Positions 10,054-20,756 of a DNA stretch of 64,000 nt are shown here, in pieces (the stretch's first letter is position 1; every line of letters begins with the position of its first letter). The notes beneath the pieces are model-generated. The model made no database searches. It saw only the letters and a program-made list of their open reading frames with translations, and was not told where the DNA came from. Source of the stretch: Trichormus sp. ATA11-4-KO1 (GTDB lineage Bacteria > Cyanobacteriota > Cyanobacteriia > Cyanobacteriales > Nostocaceae). A program made the translations under genes and the position numbers. The DNA lies in assembly GCA_019358915.1 (NCBI GenBank), contig JAHHIM010000065.1, forward strand, positions 32,001-96,000. The letters run 5' to 3'.

Positions 10054-10529
10054 TCTGCTACCTCGCTTGCCAAATGTTTTTAGCTGTCTATGCAAATTGA
10101 CGCTAAATGATGTTTCAATTGTTTACTATTGCATTTGCAACAACAGAAATATTAAGCGGTTACAGTTTTGGTAACAGCAAGTTGATGTGAGAGATTAAAT
10201 ATAACTTATGAAAGTTAATAATTAAGACGGTAATCCGCATTCGGTAATCCGCATTAATTTTGAAACAACTTAATCATTAGTGATATATACTTTTTAGATA
10301 AATGTATTCTATACTACTTAATTATCCCATAATTACTTTGCTTTGGTGAGCAATGATAAATAAATCTAATGATTTGACTTTGCATTCGTTAAGTAAATAT
10401 TTTATTCATAATTGCAATCTCCTATACATTTTACATCAAATCAGGTATGTATGATTTTTTGATAGCAGCAATATTTCCTAGAACAATCCGAGCATAAAAC
10501 AATTAATTAAAGTAACTTAAGACAACAAT

Positions 10530-11525
10530 TTATGAAAAATATTTTTGTTTTAACTTACTGTATATCGACTGGATACGTAATCTAGCTACACGTCTGTTCG
10601 ACAAACCATTAATATTAGGTGGAAATTTGATTCTGTGATCAAAAAATACATTTAATTCAGCCAAAATTACTTGAAACCGCTTGAGAATATTTTCAGTTCG
10701 ATACTCTGCAAAAAAGCTTTCAGGTAAAATTATCTGTTCGGGAAATTCCAGTACTCTCAAAATACGTTGCACATCATATTCTTTTGAATATCCGGCAATT
10801 TTATAACAATTAAACCCAGGATCTAAGTAATCTGATAGCCCGCCATTGATACTGGAAAAAACCTGGCAGCCACAAGCCAAAGCTTCCATTGGTTGTAAAC
10901 CAAATCCTTCGCTTACATGCTGTTGCGCCCAATATTCGGCTGAGTCATATAGGTAAATTTTCGCCCGATTAAATAGCCCAGGTAAATCTTCTACATAAGA
11001 ATCTACTAATTTTACTCGACATTTTTGCTGCAAAGCTGGAATCAATTCTTGAAGCAAATACTCAGAAGATTTTCGGGCTTGAACTAAAACATCAATATCT
11101 CGTTGAAGATGTAAATTTTGAAATTCTTCAGAAATTTGGTTAGGTAAATAATAAATTAGAGAATTAGGAGATTTTTGCCCCCAATATCCCATTGTATTGC
11201 GGCTAACAGTGATAATGGGAATACTTGCAGGTAGGTAGAATTTGTAACCTGCGCTATGGGCATGGTAAACAACATTATATTGCTTGAGTTTGTGAGCTAA
11301 TTGAGCTACATCAAATCCCCAGCTAATCACAAAAATTACATCATCTAAATTCTTTTTTTGGAGCAAATCATTGATAAACAGTTGACCTGTTTCTCTTTGG
11401 CGATAAGTTACAACCTCAGCGCTACAGATTTGCTGAGCCAAATTAACCGTTTTTAACTCTGCCCAAAGACCACCGCAGGCAAATTTTCCGTATGTCCCTG
11501 GAACTAAGAAGTAAAGCTTTCTCAT
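10530..11525 (-). CDS. Glycosyltransferase (GT4-like)
   Basis: EGFGLQPMEALACG motif. Confidence 0.85.
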   Translation of the reverse strand: MRKLYFLVPGTYGKFACGGLWAELKTVNLAQQICSAEVVTYRQRETGQLFINDLLQKKNLDDVIFVISWGFDVAQLAHKLKQYNVVYHAHSAGYKFYLPASIPIITVSRNTMGYWGQKSPNSLIYYLPNQISEEFQNLHLQRDIDVLVQARKSSEYLLQELIPALQQKCRVKLVDSYVEDLPGLFNRAKIYLYDSAEYWAQQHVSEGFGLQPMEALACGCQVFSSINGGLSDYLDPGFNCYKIAGYSKEYDVQRILRVLEFPEQIILPESFFAEYRTENILKRFQVILAELNVFFDHRIKFPPNINGLSNRRVARLRIQSIYSKLKQKYFS

Positions 11526-11687
11526 GACACAACTCTCTTAAATGTACTGACAAGTAGGTTAGCCTATATGGTGTACCTAGTCCCAGGTTTTGGTTAACTG
11601 AGATATTAATTTATTCTCAACCAGACCAGATAAATTGGGTTGCTAGATGAAAAATTTAGCTTTAATCATCCTTGACTTAGAGTTCCC

Positions 11688-12074
11688 ATGAGCAATCTGG
11701 CAATTATCGAACGCCTCTATACCGCATTTAAAGAGCGAGATACCAAGACTATCCAAGAAATTTTTGACCCTCAGATTGAGTGGATACAGAATGAAGGTTT
11801 TCCAGATGGTGGCAGACGTATTGGCATAGAGGCGGTATTGAACGATGTATTTGCCAAATTCCGGTTAGACTGGGATACTTGGCAAGCTGTTGTAGAGGAA
11901 TGGCTGGACGCTTGAGACACTATCATTGCCTTGGGTGAATACCGTGGCACTTATAAAACTACAGGCAAATCAACAACAGCAGCTTTTGCCCATGTTTACA
12001 AGCTGAGAAACGGGCGAATATTTAAATTTCAGCAGTACACCGACACTTTAAAGGTGGCTGAAGCAATGCGTTGA
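11688..12074 (+). pseudogene. SnoaL/NTF2-like protein interrupted by in-frame TGA at 11913-11915
   Basis: The frame continues after the stop as DTIIALGEYRGTYKTTGKSTTAAFAHVYKLRNGRIFKFQQYTDT..., completing an NTF2-like fold. Confidence 0.85.
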
Positions 12075-12089
12075 AAACCTGTTATGGTA

Positions 12090-12743
12090 TCAATCCTGCC
12101 AGCTTACCTTGACAAAATGCGATTCACGCCCCCAAACGTCGCGAGTCAAAGTAATATTTTCAATTGCCAGATTAAAAGGAATGGCAGTTGTTATGTATCG
12201 CTGTGCCATAAAACCTAAATCGGGTGAGAGTTCAGCCGCCGTTGTCGCAGCTAATCCCAAGCCGATTAATTGCTCAATTGGTCGGAATGGTAGCAGCAGA
12301 TTTACACCTACAACTAAACTCGCTGTTAACAGCATTGCCACTGATAAATTTGTGCCGCAACGAGGATGCACAGCCAAATCCCATTCACCACTGGTGAGAC
12401 GATGTAAACCTAATGTGACTGCACGTCGCAAATCACTGATATTCACTTCACCATAAAGATAAAATCCTTGTTCCGTAGACAATCCGCCTAATAATTTGTT
12501 ATCAACTTGAGCGTTGGCGGGTCTGATTTTGGGGGTGTGGGCAGGTTTTGCTTCACTAAGTACCCAAACAGTAGCATGTTCTAGGGCGTGAACCTGCCGC
12601 AACATGATCATTTCTTTCAACCCTGGGATGAAAGATAGCTGTCGGAGTAAATCAGCATCTTGTGTGGGCTGAGGTGTCGTAAAATCAAAACTAAAAAAAT
12701 CAAAAGGAGATGAGCTACCTGGAAAAGAGGCAGAAGTATTCAT
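12090..12743 (-). CDS. Conserved protein, DUF6391-like
   Basis: RQVHALEHAT and LAVHPRCGTN motifs. Confidence 0.75.
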   Translation of the reverse strand: MNTSASFPGSSSPFDFFSFDFTTPQPTQDADLLRQLSFIPGLKEMIMLRQVHALEHATVWVLSEAKPAHTPKIRPANAQVDNKLLGGLSTEQGFYLYGEVNISDLRRAVTLGLHRLTSGEWDLAVHPRCGTNLSVAMLLTASLVVGVNLLLPFRPIEQLIGLGLAATTAAELSPDLGFMAQRYITTAIPFNLAIENITLTRDVWGRESHFVKVSWQD

Positions 12744-12869
12744 AAAAACACTGCTCCCCAAGCCGATGGAGCAATAGAGATTTCTTACAAATGTAACGCT
12801 TGAGGCAGGGGTTTGTTGCTAATTTTTGTTGTGAGAATAGTTAATTACCAGAAAAAATACTTGTGGTCA

Positions 12870-13208
12870 TCAATCCCAGCCTAGATGTAGTTTAAGAGCA
12901 GCATCTACTAAGTGCATTAATTCTTCACTCAAACTATTGATCACATCTCCTACAATCCTTTGCTTAGAAATTGTTCGCACCTGCTGCGCCTGTATTTTAG
13001 AAGCTTTAGGTAAACCACTCTCTTCTGGATTGAGTAAGACCTCAAACGGATAAACACGGTTGACATTAGATGTGATTGGTAAAATTGTTACGGTATTAGC
13101 CGCACTATTATTCGCATTATTACTGACTATGATTACTGGACGGCGTTTATTTATCTCGGAACCTACAGTAGGACTGAGATTCGCATAATAAATATCACCA
13201 CGCTTCAT
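12870..13208 (-). CDS. Type II toxin, MazF/PemK family endoribonuclease
   Basis: MKRGDIY.ANLSP..GSE..KRRPVIIVSN, QVRTISKQRI. Confidence 0.93.
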   Translation of the reverse strand: MKRGDIYYANLSPTVGSEINKRRPVIIVSNNANNSAANTVTILPITSNVNRVYPFEVLLNPEESGLPKASKIQAQQVRTISKQRIVGDVINSLSEELMHLVDAALKLHLGWD

Positions 13209-13419
13209 CTGTCAATCCATCTGTAATTGTGATATCCCAATCTTTGTTAATTTCAGCAGATGCCTCTCGGTAAGCCTCTTCTAATTCCTGTTTTCGCAAC
13301 AATTGCAACGCCATTTCAATAACTTGGGAGCGAGATTTACATCCTTTAGTTACTTTGTAACTTTCAACAAATTGAACCAAGGACGCTGACAAGGAAATGG
13401 ATAACTTTTCAACTTGCAT
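13195..13419 (-). CDS. Ribbon-helix-helix (CopG-like) antitoxin
   Basis: KLSISL...SRSQVIE.AL, acidic C-terminus; overlaps the toxin start. Confidence 0.88.
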   Translation of the reverse strand: MQVEKLSISLSASLVQFVESYKVTKGCKSRSQVIEMALQLLRKQELEEAYREASAEINKDWDITITDGLTDEAW

Positions 13420-13421
13420 AA

Positions 13422-13464
13422 TCTTACCAAATGGTAGTAATAATTTTCTTACTGAATGGTAGTA
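13422..13464. promoter_or_regulatory. Duplicated 18-bp candidate TA operator
   Basis: tcttaccaaatggtagta (13422-13439) and tcttactgaatggtagta (13447-13464) just upstream of the antitoxin. Confidence 0.6.
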
Positions 13465-13563
13465 TATAAAGTAATTACGAATTGGTATTATACCAATTCG
13501 CCATGAAGATGCATTTAATAGCTAAGACGCAAAAGGAAAGAAGGATACTCGTGTATTTAACCC

Positions 13564-13592
13564 CTAGTACAGTTGTGGCACAACTGTACTAG
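13564..13592. repeat. 29-bp palindrome bounded by CTAG
   Basis: ctagtacagttgtg-g-cacaactgtactag. Confidence 0.7.
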
Positions 13593-13812
13593 AGGAAAAA
13601 CAGCCTCGCACGATAACCAAAGGTCGAGTAATTTATCTGCTTGATCTGGACACCAAAGAGAACTTACGCTAGAGGTTCACATGAAAACAAAGGCGTGAGG
13701 AGGAGAACATGAGTAAACCGTCAAAATTGGCTTGGCTATGTACCAGACGAAGTTTATTGTCATCCTAGACGCTATCGATGTCGTCTGCCACACGCCATCG
13801 ATAACAAATTGT

Positions 13813-14076
13813 CTAATCAGTTTGGTTGGGTAGAAGACAGCAATTGACGTCATTCAAGCAGACTTTACCCCACTGTAAAGCCCAACGGACGAGAGCCACT
13901 CGGTTTTCCGTTTGGGTTTTCGTGAGAATATTGCTGATATGGTTATCAACTGTTCGTTTGCTAATTTCCAGTTTTCCTGCAATTTCTTGGTTAGTTAAGC
14001 CAGCGGCCACTAAGTCGATAATTTGCAGTTCTCTGTCTGATAGACTAACAGGGGTCAGAGACTCGCCACCAGCCAT
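13813..14076 (-). CDS. pedR: Small LuxR-type HTH redox regulator PedR
   Basis: LSDRELQII.LVA.GLTNQEIA..LEISKRTVDNHISNI with C-terminal Cys cluster VCLNDVNCC. Confidence 0.85.
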   Translation of the reverse strand: MAGGESLTPVSLSDRELQIIDLVAAGLTNQEIAGKLEISKRTVDNHISNILTKTQTENRVALVRWALQWGKVCLNDVNCCLLPNQTD

Positions 14077-14435
14077 GACTTATTTTATCCTCCCTTGGTA
14101 TATGTACTTAATCGCCTCTTCTAATTCTAGAAGATTCTTTTGTGGGAAGGTGTTTCCAGTGGTAGCAGTAATCCAATTGACAATATTTTCTTTATATTTC
14201 CACTTGATGGCAACATACATAAAATAATTAGTATTTATTATTAATTTTGTATTAAAAAAATAACGTTAAATTACTGAAATAGTCAAGGAGATTAGTCAAG
14301 ACATATAGCTCATGGAAGTAGCAAAATTTGCTATTTTATTCTTTGGAGAACTGGCGACAGATGAGTCAAGAGTGTTGTAGATTTTATACTGGAATTACTA
14401 ACTCAAAAATCGAAAATCCCAGATTCTGAAATGAA

Positions 14436-15413
14436 ATGAGCAATCCCCGTGTTTTGTGCCTTGGTGAAATTTTATTCGATTGTTTAGCTGACCAATTGGG
14501 ACTAGAGCTAGAAGAAGTGAAGTCCTGGACTCCCTATCCAGGGGGTGCGCCAGCTAACGTAGCCTGTGCTTTGGTAAAGCTGGGAACTCCCGCAGGATTT
14601 ATCGGGGCTGTAGGTGAAGATGAACCAGGGAATACACTGGTTAAGCTATTACAAGAAGTAGGTGTAGATACAACAGGGGTGCAGCGCCATCCTACAGCAC
14701 CAACGCGGCAAGTTTATGTGGTGCGGGATCTGGCAGGCGATCGCAATTTTGCCGGATTTGGTGAGTATGACACTTCTGAATTTGCCGATACCCGCTTGCA
14801 AGCCAAGCAATTGCCACATTCGCTGTTTCAAGAGGCGGATTTTCTGGTTTTGGGTACTTTGGAATTAGCCTACCCTGAAAGTGAGGAGGCAATTTACCGC
14901 GCCTTAGAACTAGCAGAACAGTACGACCTGAAAATTATCTTGGATGTCAACTGGCGGCCGGTATTTTGGGAAGATGCAAACATCGCTCGGCAAAAAATCC
15001 CAGAAATATTAAAGCGCGTTGATTTTCTCAAACTTTCCAAAGAAGAAGCTGAATGGCTATTTGACACCACAGATCCAGGAGCTATTACTTACCGCCTGGC
15101 TTCAATTGATGGGGTGTTAGTCACAGATGGAGAACATGGTTGCGCCTATTGTCTGGGTGAAAACGAAGGCAAATTACCTTCCTTTCCGGTTTCGGTTGTG
15201 GATACAACTGGTGCAGGAGATAGCTTTTTAGCAGGATTTATCCACCAATTGAGTCAACATGGCATCCACGGCTTACAAGATGCAGAAACAGCAAAACACA
15301 TTGTTGCTTATGCTAATGCCGTGGGAGCGCTAACTACCATTAAACCAGGTGCGATCGCTTCTCAACCTACCTCTGCTGAAATAGAAGCTTTTCTAGCCTC
15401 ACATCAATTCTAG
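14436..15413 (+). CDS. PfkB family carbohydrate kinase (fructokinase-like)
   Basis: GGAPANVA, DVNWR, VDTTGAGDSF. Confidence 0.92.
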   Translation: MSNPRVLCLGEILFDCLADQLGLELEEVKSWTPYPGGAPANVACALVKLGTPAGFIGAVGEDEPGNTLVKLLQEVGVDTTGVQRHPTAPTRQVYVVRDLAGDRNFAGFGEYDTSEFADTRLQAKQLPHSLFQEADFLVLGTLELAYPESEEAIYRALELAEQYDLKIILDVNWRPVFWEDANIARQKIPEILKRVDFLKLSKEEAEWLFDTTDPGAITYRLASIDGVLVTDGEHGCAYCLGENEGKLPSFPVSVVDTTGAGDSFLAGFIHQLSQHGIHGLQDAETAKHIVAYANAVGALTTIKPGAIASQPTSAEIEAFLASHQF

Positions 15414-15595
15414 AGGAGTATTATATCCAGCTGGGATATCCGCCACCATCGGCTGATATTCCTGGCTATAAATTTAGCAATTTATTTACTAGTAAATACT
15501 TAGAGAAAATTTGTGCATTCAGCTATTAAAAAGGATCAGCGTTAAAGTTGGTTTTAATAGATGATTTAATTAGCACAAATAAATACTTAATTTAA

Positions 15596-15922
15596 CGTGA
15601 GTTCGACAAGTGGAAAAAACCCCTCTCCAAACCTCTCCCCTGCCAGGAGCTACCGTGTACACACAAGTATAAGCCGCAAGGGTTTCAACTCTTTTAGCCC
15701 CATAAATACCCTAATTTTGGGCAACTGGAAACTCCATTTATCCCGCTAATTTTGGCGCTAGGGCAACGAAACCAAGTTTCAGGTGGGATTTTAAGACTTG
15801 TGTGTACACCGTAGCCTGCCAGGAGAGAGGCTTTGAAACCTTGATTTTTAGTTGAAAATCAGGGAGATTTTTGCCCCTCTCCGACACGGAGAGGGGTTGG
15901 GTAGAGGTTCATCGAATTCACG
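15596..15922. mobile_element. Outer MITE-like element (TIR cgtgagttcga/tcgaattcacg) with 9-bp flanking duplication TTAATTTAA
   Basis: Direct repeats at 15587-15595 and 15923-15931; internal cccctctcc/ggagagggg hairpins. Confidence 0.75.
15650..15814. mobile_element. Inner 165-bp MITE with 19-bp TIRs and 11-bp target duplication
   Basis: ctaccgtgtacacacaagt ... acttgtgtgtacaccgtag (18/19); cctgccaggag at 15639-15649 and 15815-15825. Confidence 0.88.
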
Positions 15923-16220
15923 TTAATTTAATGCCGAATTTTGCTAAAAATTCGACCTTTAAAAATGAACACAATTTTGTCACACTAATGGAAAAAAGTT
16001 GACGCATGGTCTAGCTATTCGAGCGTTTTTTTGGCAAAGTACTCTTAGGCAAGAATTTTTGCATGATTAGACCACGGACTGACTCTCTTAATAGGAGAGA
16101 CTTTGTATTTCCCTTTTTCTGGGTGGAGAAGGGGATAAGAGTTTAGGTTTGAATGTACGTAGTCTATTTATATAAAAACTGCTGTAGTTAACCTGAGAAA
16201 GCTAACAGGATATTAACAAC

Positions 16221-17219
16221 ATGAAAGCCCCCGTGTCAATGTGGATACTCGCAGCCAAAACTGATGTTCCGTATATGCTGCGAACAATTCCACACTTGGT
16301 TAGAGCCTGTAACTATCCTTTCGTTGAGCGGGTTTTAGCAATAGATACCGCAAATTTAACTGGAAGTATGCGCGTCAGATACAATCCAGGTAGTCAAGAA
16401 GAATTAGAGTCAGCCTGCAAAACTCTAGTTGACCAAGGATTCATTGATAAAATCGTCAAAATTGATTATGAACCAGCGCAAATAAACCGAATTTATCAAA
16501 AGTATTTTGGTGATCAGCAAGCCCAACAAATGCTCAACCACACGCACAATTGGAAGGGTTCGACAATCTATGGATCTTTATATTGTATTGAGGCATCAGC
16601 GACCGATTACTATCTCCATTTTGATGCTGACATGTTGTTACACCAAGACCCAGATTATAACTGGATTACTAATGCCATAGACTTGATGGTATCAACACCC
16701 TCAATTGTGACTGCACGTCCCCTTTGTGGCCCTCCTCACCCAGAAGGTAAAGCTTTTCAACCACGTCAATTCGTAAAAGATCCAAGAGGATTTTCTGCTC
16801 AGAAATTTTTTAGTATGAGAGCATATCTCATTAACCGACAAACTTTCTCCTTGCTTTCCCCTATTCCTTTGATTTGGAAATCGCCTCCCCTACTTTCGAG
16901 AAAGTTACCACAACCCTTGCAACCATTATTCGCCAAAATCGAACGCAGGTTACGCCGCACCAGTGGTTCAATTCAAGGAGCGCTGGCATCTTTTGAGGTT
17001 ATGGCCAGCGAAAAATTGCAAAATAGCAGTTTTGTCAGAGCAGATTTGTCCTCAACGAAAGCATGGACTATACATCCCCGCCAGCATGATCCTGAGTTTA
17101 TCCAGGCTTTACCAAATTTAATTAAGCTGATTGAGGAAGGAGAGTATCCATTAGCACAGGCTGGTCACTACGACCTTCAGTTAGAAGCGTGGTTGGAACT
17201 TCTAAAATCTCCCGTGTAA
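16221..17219 (+). CDS. Hypothetical protein, possibly GT-A fold glycosyltransferase
   Basis: YYLHFDADM (DxD after a hydrophobic strand). Confidence 0.6.
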   Translation: MKAPVSMWILAAKTDVPYMLRTIPHLVRACNYPFVERVLAIDTANLTGSMRVRYNPGSQEELESACKTLVDQGFIDKIVKIDYEPAQINRIYQKYFGDQQAQQMLNHTHNWKGSTIYGSLYCIEASATDYYLHFDADMLLHQDPDYNWITNAIDLMVSTPSIVTARPLCGPPHPEGKAFQPRQFVKDPRGFSAQKFFSMRAYLINRQTFSLLSPIPLIWKSPPLLSRKLPQPLQPLFAKIERRLRRTSGSIQGALASFEVMASEKLQNSSFVRADLSSTKAWTIHPRQHDPEFIQALPNLIKLIEEGEYPLAQAGHYDLQLEAWLELLKSPV

Positions 17220-17255
17220 CAAAAATTAGAATAATATTGTGTAACTACTAACCAG

Positions 17256-18329
17256 CTAATTGCGTTGTGATGGCATTCCCCAAATGTTAACTCTGCCATC
17301 AAATCCACCACTGGCGAGAGTTTGCCCATCAGGACTAAAAGCGATCGCACTTACCCAGTCAGTATGTCCCAGCAGTGTATTGACTAACTCACCTGTAGTT
17401 AAATTCCACAATTTAATTCCATCTCGTCCAGCACTCGCGAGGGTTTGTCCATCGGGGTTGATGGCGATCGCATTCACCCAATTGTTGTGTCCTGTGAGGG
17501 TGCGGACTGGTTCATCAGAATTTAAATCCCAAAGTTTAATTGTGCGATCGCGACTAGCACTGACTAAATTTGCTCCGTCTGGTGTAAAAGTTATAGTAGT
17601 GAGTGCTTGAGAATGTGCCGCAAATTCACGGATTAATTGACCAGTACTCAAGTTCCACAGCTTAATCACACCTTTGTTGTCACCACTAGCTAAAGTCTGA
17701 CCATCAGGACTCATTGATAGTGTATGAATGGAGTTATCAAAACGGACTAAAGTAGCTAGTGGGCGTTGCTGCAATAAATCCCACAAACGAATACCATCTA
17801 AAGCACCACTAACAAGAATTCTACTATCGGGAGATACAGCTAAAGATAGGACATTACTAGTATGTCCCACAAAGGAACGGCTAAACCGATTATTTTTGAG
17901 ATTCCAAAGGTTGATTGTGTTGTCACTGCTACAGCTAGCTAAGGTTTGACCATCTGGCGAAATTACCAAAGATGCTACCCCTGTTTTGTGCGCTTTTCTA
18001 ATATCCCCTAACTTTTTGCCAGTGAGGGGATTCCATAACCGGATTATGCCCTCATTTTCAGCACCACCACTGGCCAGCATTTGGTTATTGGGACTAAAGG
18101 CTAAGGATTTAACGGTTCCTCTGTGTCCGGTGAGGGTATACAGTAATTGGGGATTAGTCACGCTGCTTCTGGCTGGAGAGTTTGGTGTTATCTCAACAGC
18201 AGCATGAGCAGCATGAAGATGAAATCCTTGCCAGAGACTTACTGGAATAGCGATCGCTGCCATAAATGCCAGAATAATCCCTGGGCGCAGTAGAGAATCT
18301 TTTCCACTTCTTTGCTCACTCCTCACCAC
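17256..18329 (-). CDS. WD40 repeat protein with N-terminal signal/TM segment
   Basis: About 7 GH...SPDGQTLAS...IxLW repeats. Confidence 0.93.
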   Translation of the reverse strand: MVRSEQRSGKDSLLRPGIILAFMAAIAIPVSLWQGFHLHAAHAAVEITPNSPARSSVTNPQLLYTLTGHRGTVKSLAFSPNNQMLASGGAENEGIIRLWNPLTGKKLGDIRKAHKTGVASLVISPDGQTLASCSSDNTINLWNLKNNRFSRSFVGHTSNVLSLAVSPDSRILVSGALDGIRLWDLLQQRPLATLVRFDNSIHTLSMSPDGQTLASGDNKGVIKLWNLSTGQLIREFAAHSQALTTITFTPDGANLVSASRDRTIKLWDLNSDEPVRTLTGHNNWVNAIAINPDGQTLASAGRDGIKLWNLTTGELVNTLLGHTDWVSAIAFSPDGQTLASGGFDGRVNIWGMPSQRN

Positions 18330-18402
18330 TTTTCCTCACTTGTAGAATAGTTAAGCCAATCAATTTCATCTTCTTCGCTCAGTACTCAGCACTCAGCACT
18401 CC

Positions 18403-18699
18403 TTATCGAGGTGGTTTTTTCTTAGAAACAGTCAGCATTGGCAGACTAGGACTAGATGATTGAGATGGCAAGTAATGTTGCACTACAGGCTCATCTGGAG
18501 TGGGACGGCGTTGCTGGATACGCCACAACTTAAAGGCGAGGCTAATTCCAGCTGTCCCCAACCCCACAGCAAATAATGACCAACTATCATCCAGCCCACC
18601 AATCAGCGCATCTACCACGCCCATAGTCATCAATATACTGACTATGGGGTCTTTTCTGTAGGCTGATTTCAAAAAACGAGGTAATACAGCATTCATCAC
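18403..18699 (-). CDS. Small hypothetical membrane protein
   Basis: 98 aa, two hydrophobic segments. Confidence 0.75.
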   Translation of the reverse strand: MMNAVLPRFLKSAYRKDPIVSILMTMGVVDALIGGLDDSWSLFAVGLGTAGISLAFKLWRIQQRRPTPDEPVVQHYLPSQSSSPSLPMLTVSKKKPPR

Positions 18700-19025
18700 A
18701 GCTTGGTTTGTCCAGATTACCTTATGTGTAACTTCACCGAGAATATCTCACAAAGTCAACTGCCCTTCTGACAATAGGCATCTAAGAAATATGAGAATTT
18801 TCTCCAATCCAGTGAAAGTATAGTAACTTAACCCCCTTGCATGTGTTATTGCAAGTTTAAGATCATACCCATACTTTCTTGTCTGCCTGATGGTCATAGA
18901 CGGCAACTCGTGTAAGAGAATTCACTATCTATATTGATATGGTCAAAACCAGCCAGTGTTCCCAGCTGGTTCCCACACTTCTAATTACTAGCTTACAACT
19001 TGAAGACTTGAGCTTTCTGGCAGGA

Positions 19026-19196
19026 CTATTTCAGACCGAGCCATGATAGCACACCTTGATCGGTGACGTATTCAATCAGCACCATCAATAAAAAGCCAAT
19101 CATGGCAGCCCGACCGTTTAAACGCTCAGCATATTCATTAAAGCCAAATTTAGGCTCCTCTAATTTGGGCGTAATGGTTGTTTGTGTTTGTGTCAT
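19026..19196 (-). CDS. hli: High-light-inducible protein (Hlip, CAB/ELIP family)
   Basis: FGFNEYAERLNGRAAMIGF motif; start at ATG 19196 gives 56 aa. Confidence 0.93.
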   Translation of the reverse strand: MTQTQTTITPKLEEPKFGFNEYAERLNGRAAMIGFLLMVLIEYVTDQGVLSWLGLK

Positions 19197-19334
19197 GACG
19201 AAGAAACCTCTTTGCGGCAAACGAGACTGAAAACAGTGAACAGTTATCAAGATTTCAAACGGTATTGCAACTCAGATTGAAACTTGAGAGATCCAGCAGT
19301 AGATCCCTAGAAGGAGTTATGCTAGTTTTTTAAT

Positions 19335-19352
19335 TTTGTAATTATTCTTTAT
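19335..19352 (-). promoter_or_regulatory. Possible HLR1 (RpaB) site upstream of hli
   Basis: ATAAAGAA-TA-ATTACAAA on the minus strand; imperfect match. Confidence 0.3.
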
Positions 19353-19534
19353 ATATTGTAGAAATACTGGGGTAATAGTCAAGGGTAAGAGTTTGATAGC
19401 TGGCGTGGTGTGGCTATGGCTTTGCTAGTGGAGTTAAGAAAGTTAGGTTAGTAGTTAGCTATCCCTAATACGGAAGTGCGAGCCTGATGCTGGCAGGCTA
19501 AAGTTGAACAAAAAAAATTCATTAGAGGCGGTAC

Positions 19535-20626
19535 ATGGAAATCGGCGTTCCTAAGGAGAATAAGGATCAGGAGTTTCGGGTAGGGTTAAGTCCTTCTAGT
19601 GTGCGGGTACTGCGGGAAAATGGTCATGCCATCTTTGTTCAGACTCAAGCAGGTAGTGGTGCGGGATTTACAAACAATGACTATCAAGATGCGGGAGCAG
19701 AGATTGTCTTTACGCCAGAAGCAGCTTGGAATCGAGAGTTAGTTGTCAAAGTCAAAGAGCCTTTAGCAAGCGAATATAAATTTTTGCAAAAAGGGCAGAT
19801 ATTGTTTACTTATCTGCATCTAGCGGCCGATCGCAATTTAACCGAGCATTTAATTGATTGTGGCACTTGTGCGATCGCTTACGAAACTGTAGAACAACCC
19901 GGTGTGAACAAATTACCACTGCTCACTCCTATGAGCATTATTGCTGGTCGGCTAGCAGTACAATTTGGGGCGAGATTCCTAGAACGTCAGCAAGGAGGTA
20001 GAGGCGTTCTTTTGGGTGGTGTCCCCGGAGTCAAAGCAGGTAAGGTAGTAATTTTAGGTGGCGGCGTTGTTGGTACAGAAGCCGCTAAAATTGCTGTAGG
20101 CATGGGTGCTGCCGTGCAAATTTTAGATGTGAATGTCGAGCGTTTATCCTACCTAGAAACCCTATTTGGCTCCAGAGTTGAATTGCTTTACAGTAACTCT
20201 GCCCACATTGAAGCCGCCATCAAAGAAGCCGACTTGCTCATCGGTGCAGTTTTAGTCTTAGGACGTAGGGCACCAACACTAGTATCCCGCGAATTGGTCA
20301 AACAAATGCATCCGGGTTCCGTAATTGTCGATGTAGCTGTTGACCAAGGCGGTTGTGTGGAAACTCTACACACTACATCCCACACTAATCCAGTATACAT
20401 AGAAGAAGGTGTAGTACATTACGGCGTTCCCAATATGCCTGGAGCAGTACCTTGGACAGCCACCCAGGCACTCAATAACAGTACATTACCTTATGTTGTG
20501 CAGTTGGCGAATTTAGGAATTAAGGCACTAGAAGTGAATCCAGCATTAGCTAAAGGCTTGAATGTGCAGAATCGTCGCTTGATTCATCCGGCTGTGCAAG
20601 AGGTTTTTCCTGATTTAGTAAATTAG
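19535..20626 (+). CDS. ald: Alanine dehydrogenase
   Basis: [45 protein letters not shown]. Confidence 0.96.
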   Translation: MEIGVPKENKDQEFRVGLSPSSVRVLRENGHAIFVQTQAGSGAGFTNNDYQDAGAEIVFTPEAAWNRELVVKVKEPLASEYKFLQKGQILFTYLHLAADRNLTEHLIDCGTCAIAYETVEQPGVNKLPLLTPMSIIAGRLAVQFGARFLERQQGGRGVLLGGVPGVKAGKVVILGGGVVGTEAAKIAVGMGAAVQILDVNVERLSYLETLFGSRVELLYSNSAHIEAAIKEADLLIGAVLVLGRRAPTLVSRELVKQMHPGSVIVDVAVDQGGCVETLHTTSHTNPVYIEEGVVHYGVPNMPGAVPWTATQALNNSTLPYVVQLANLGIKALEVNPALAKGLNVQNRRLIHPAVQEVFPDLVN

Positions 20627-20756
20627 TATTACCTGGATATGAGATGAGAAAAAGTTAATACATCAACGCTTGTAGTAAGTGCTTTAGTTTTAAAGTACTT
20701 ACTACAGAAAATAAATTTATTTAACCTAGTAATTGCCGATGTTAATTAAACCTTCA

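Noticed and set aside
11913..11915. Selenocysteine or programmed readthrough of the TGA
   Set aside because: The position corresponds to a turn Gly, not Cys, and no convincing SECIS-like hairpin follows.
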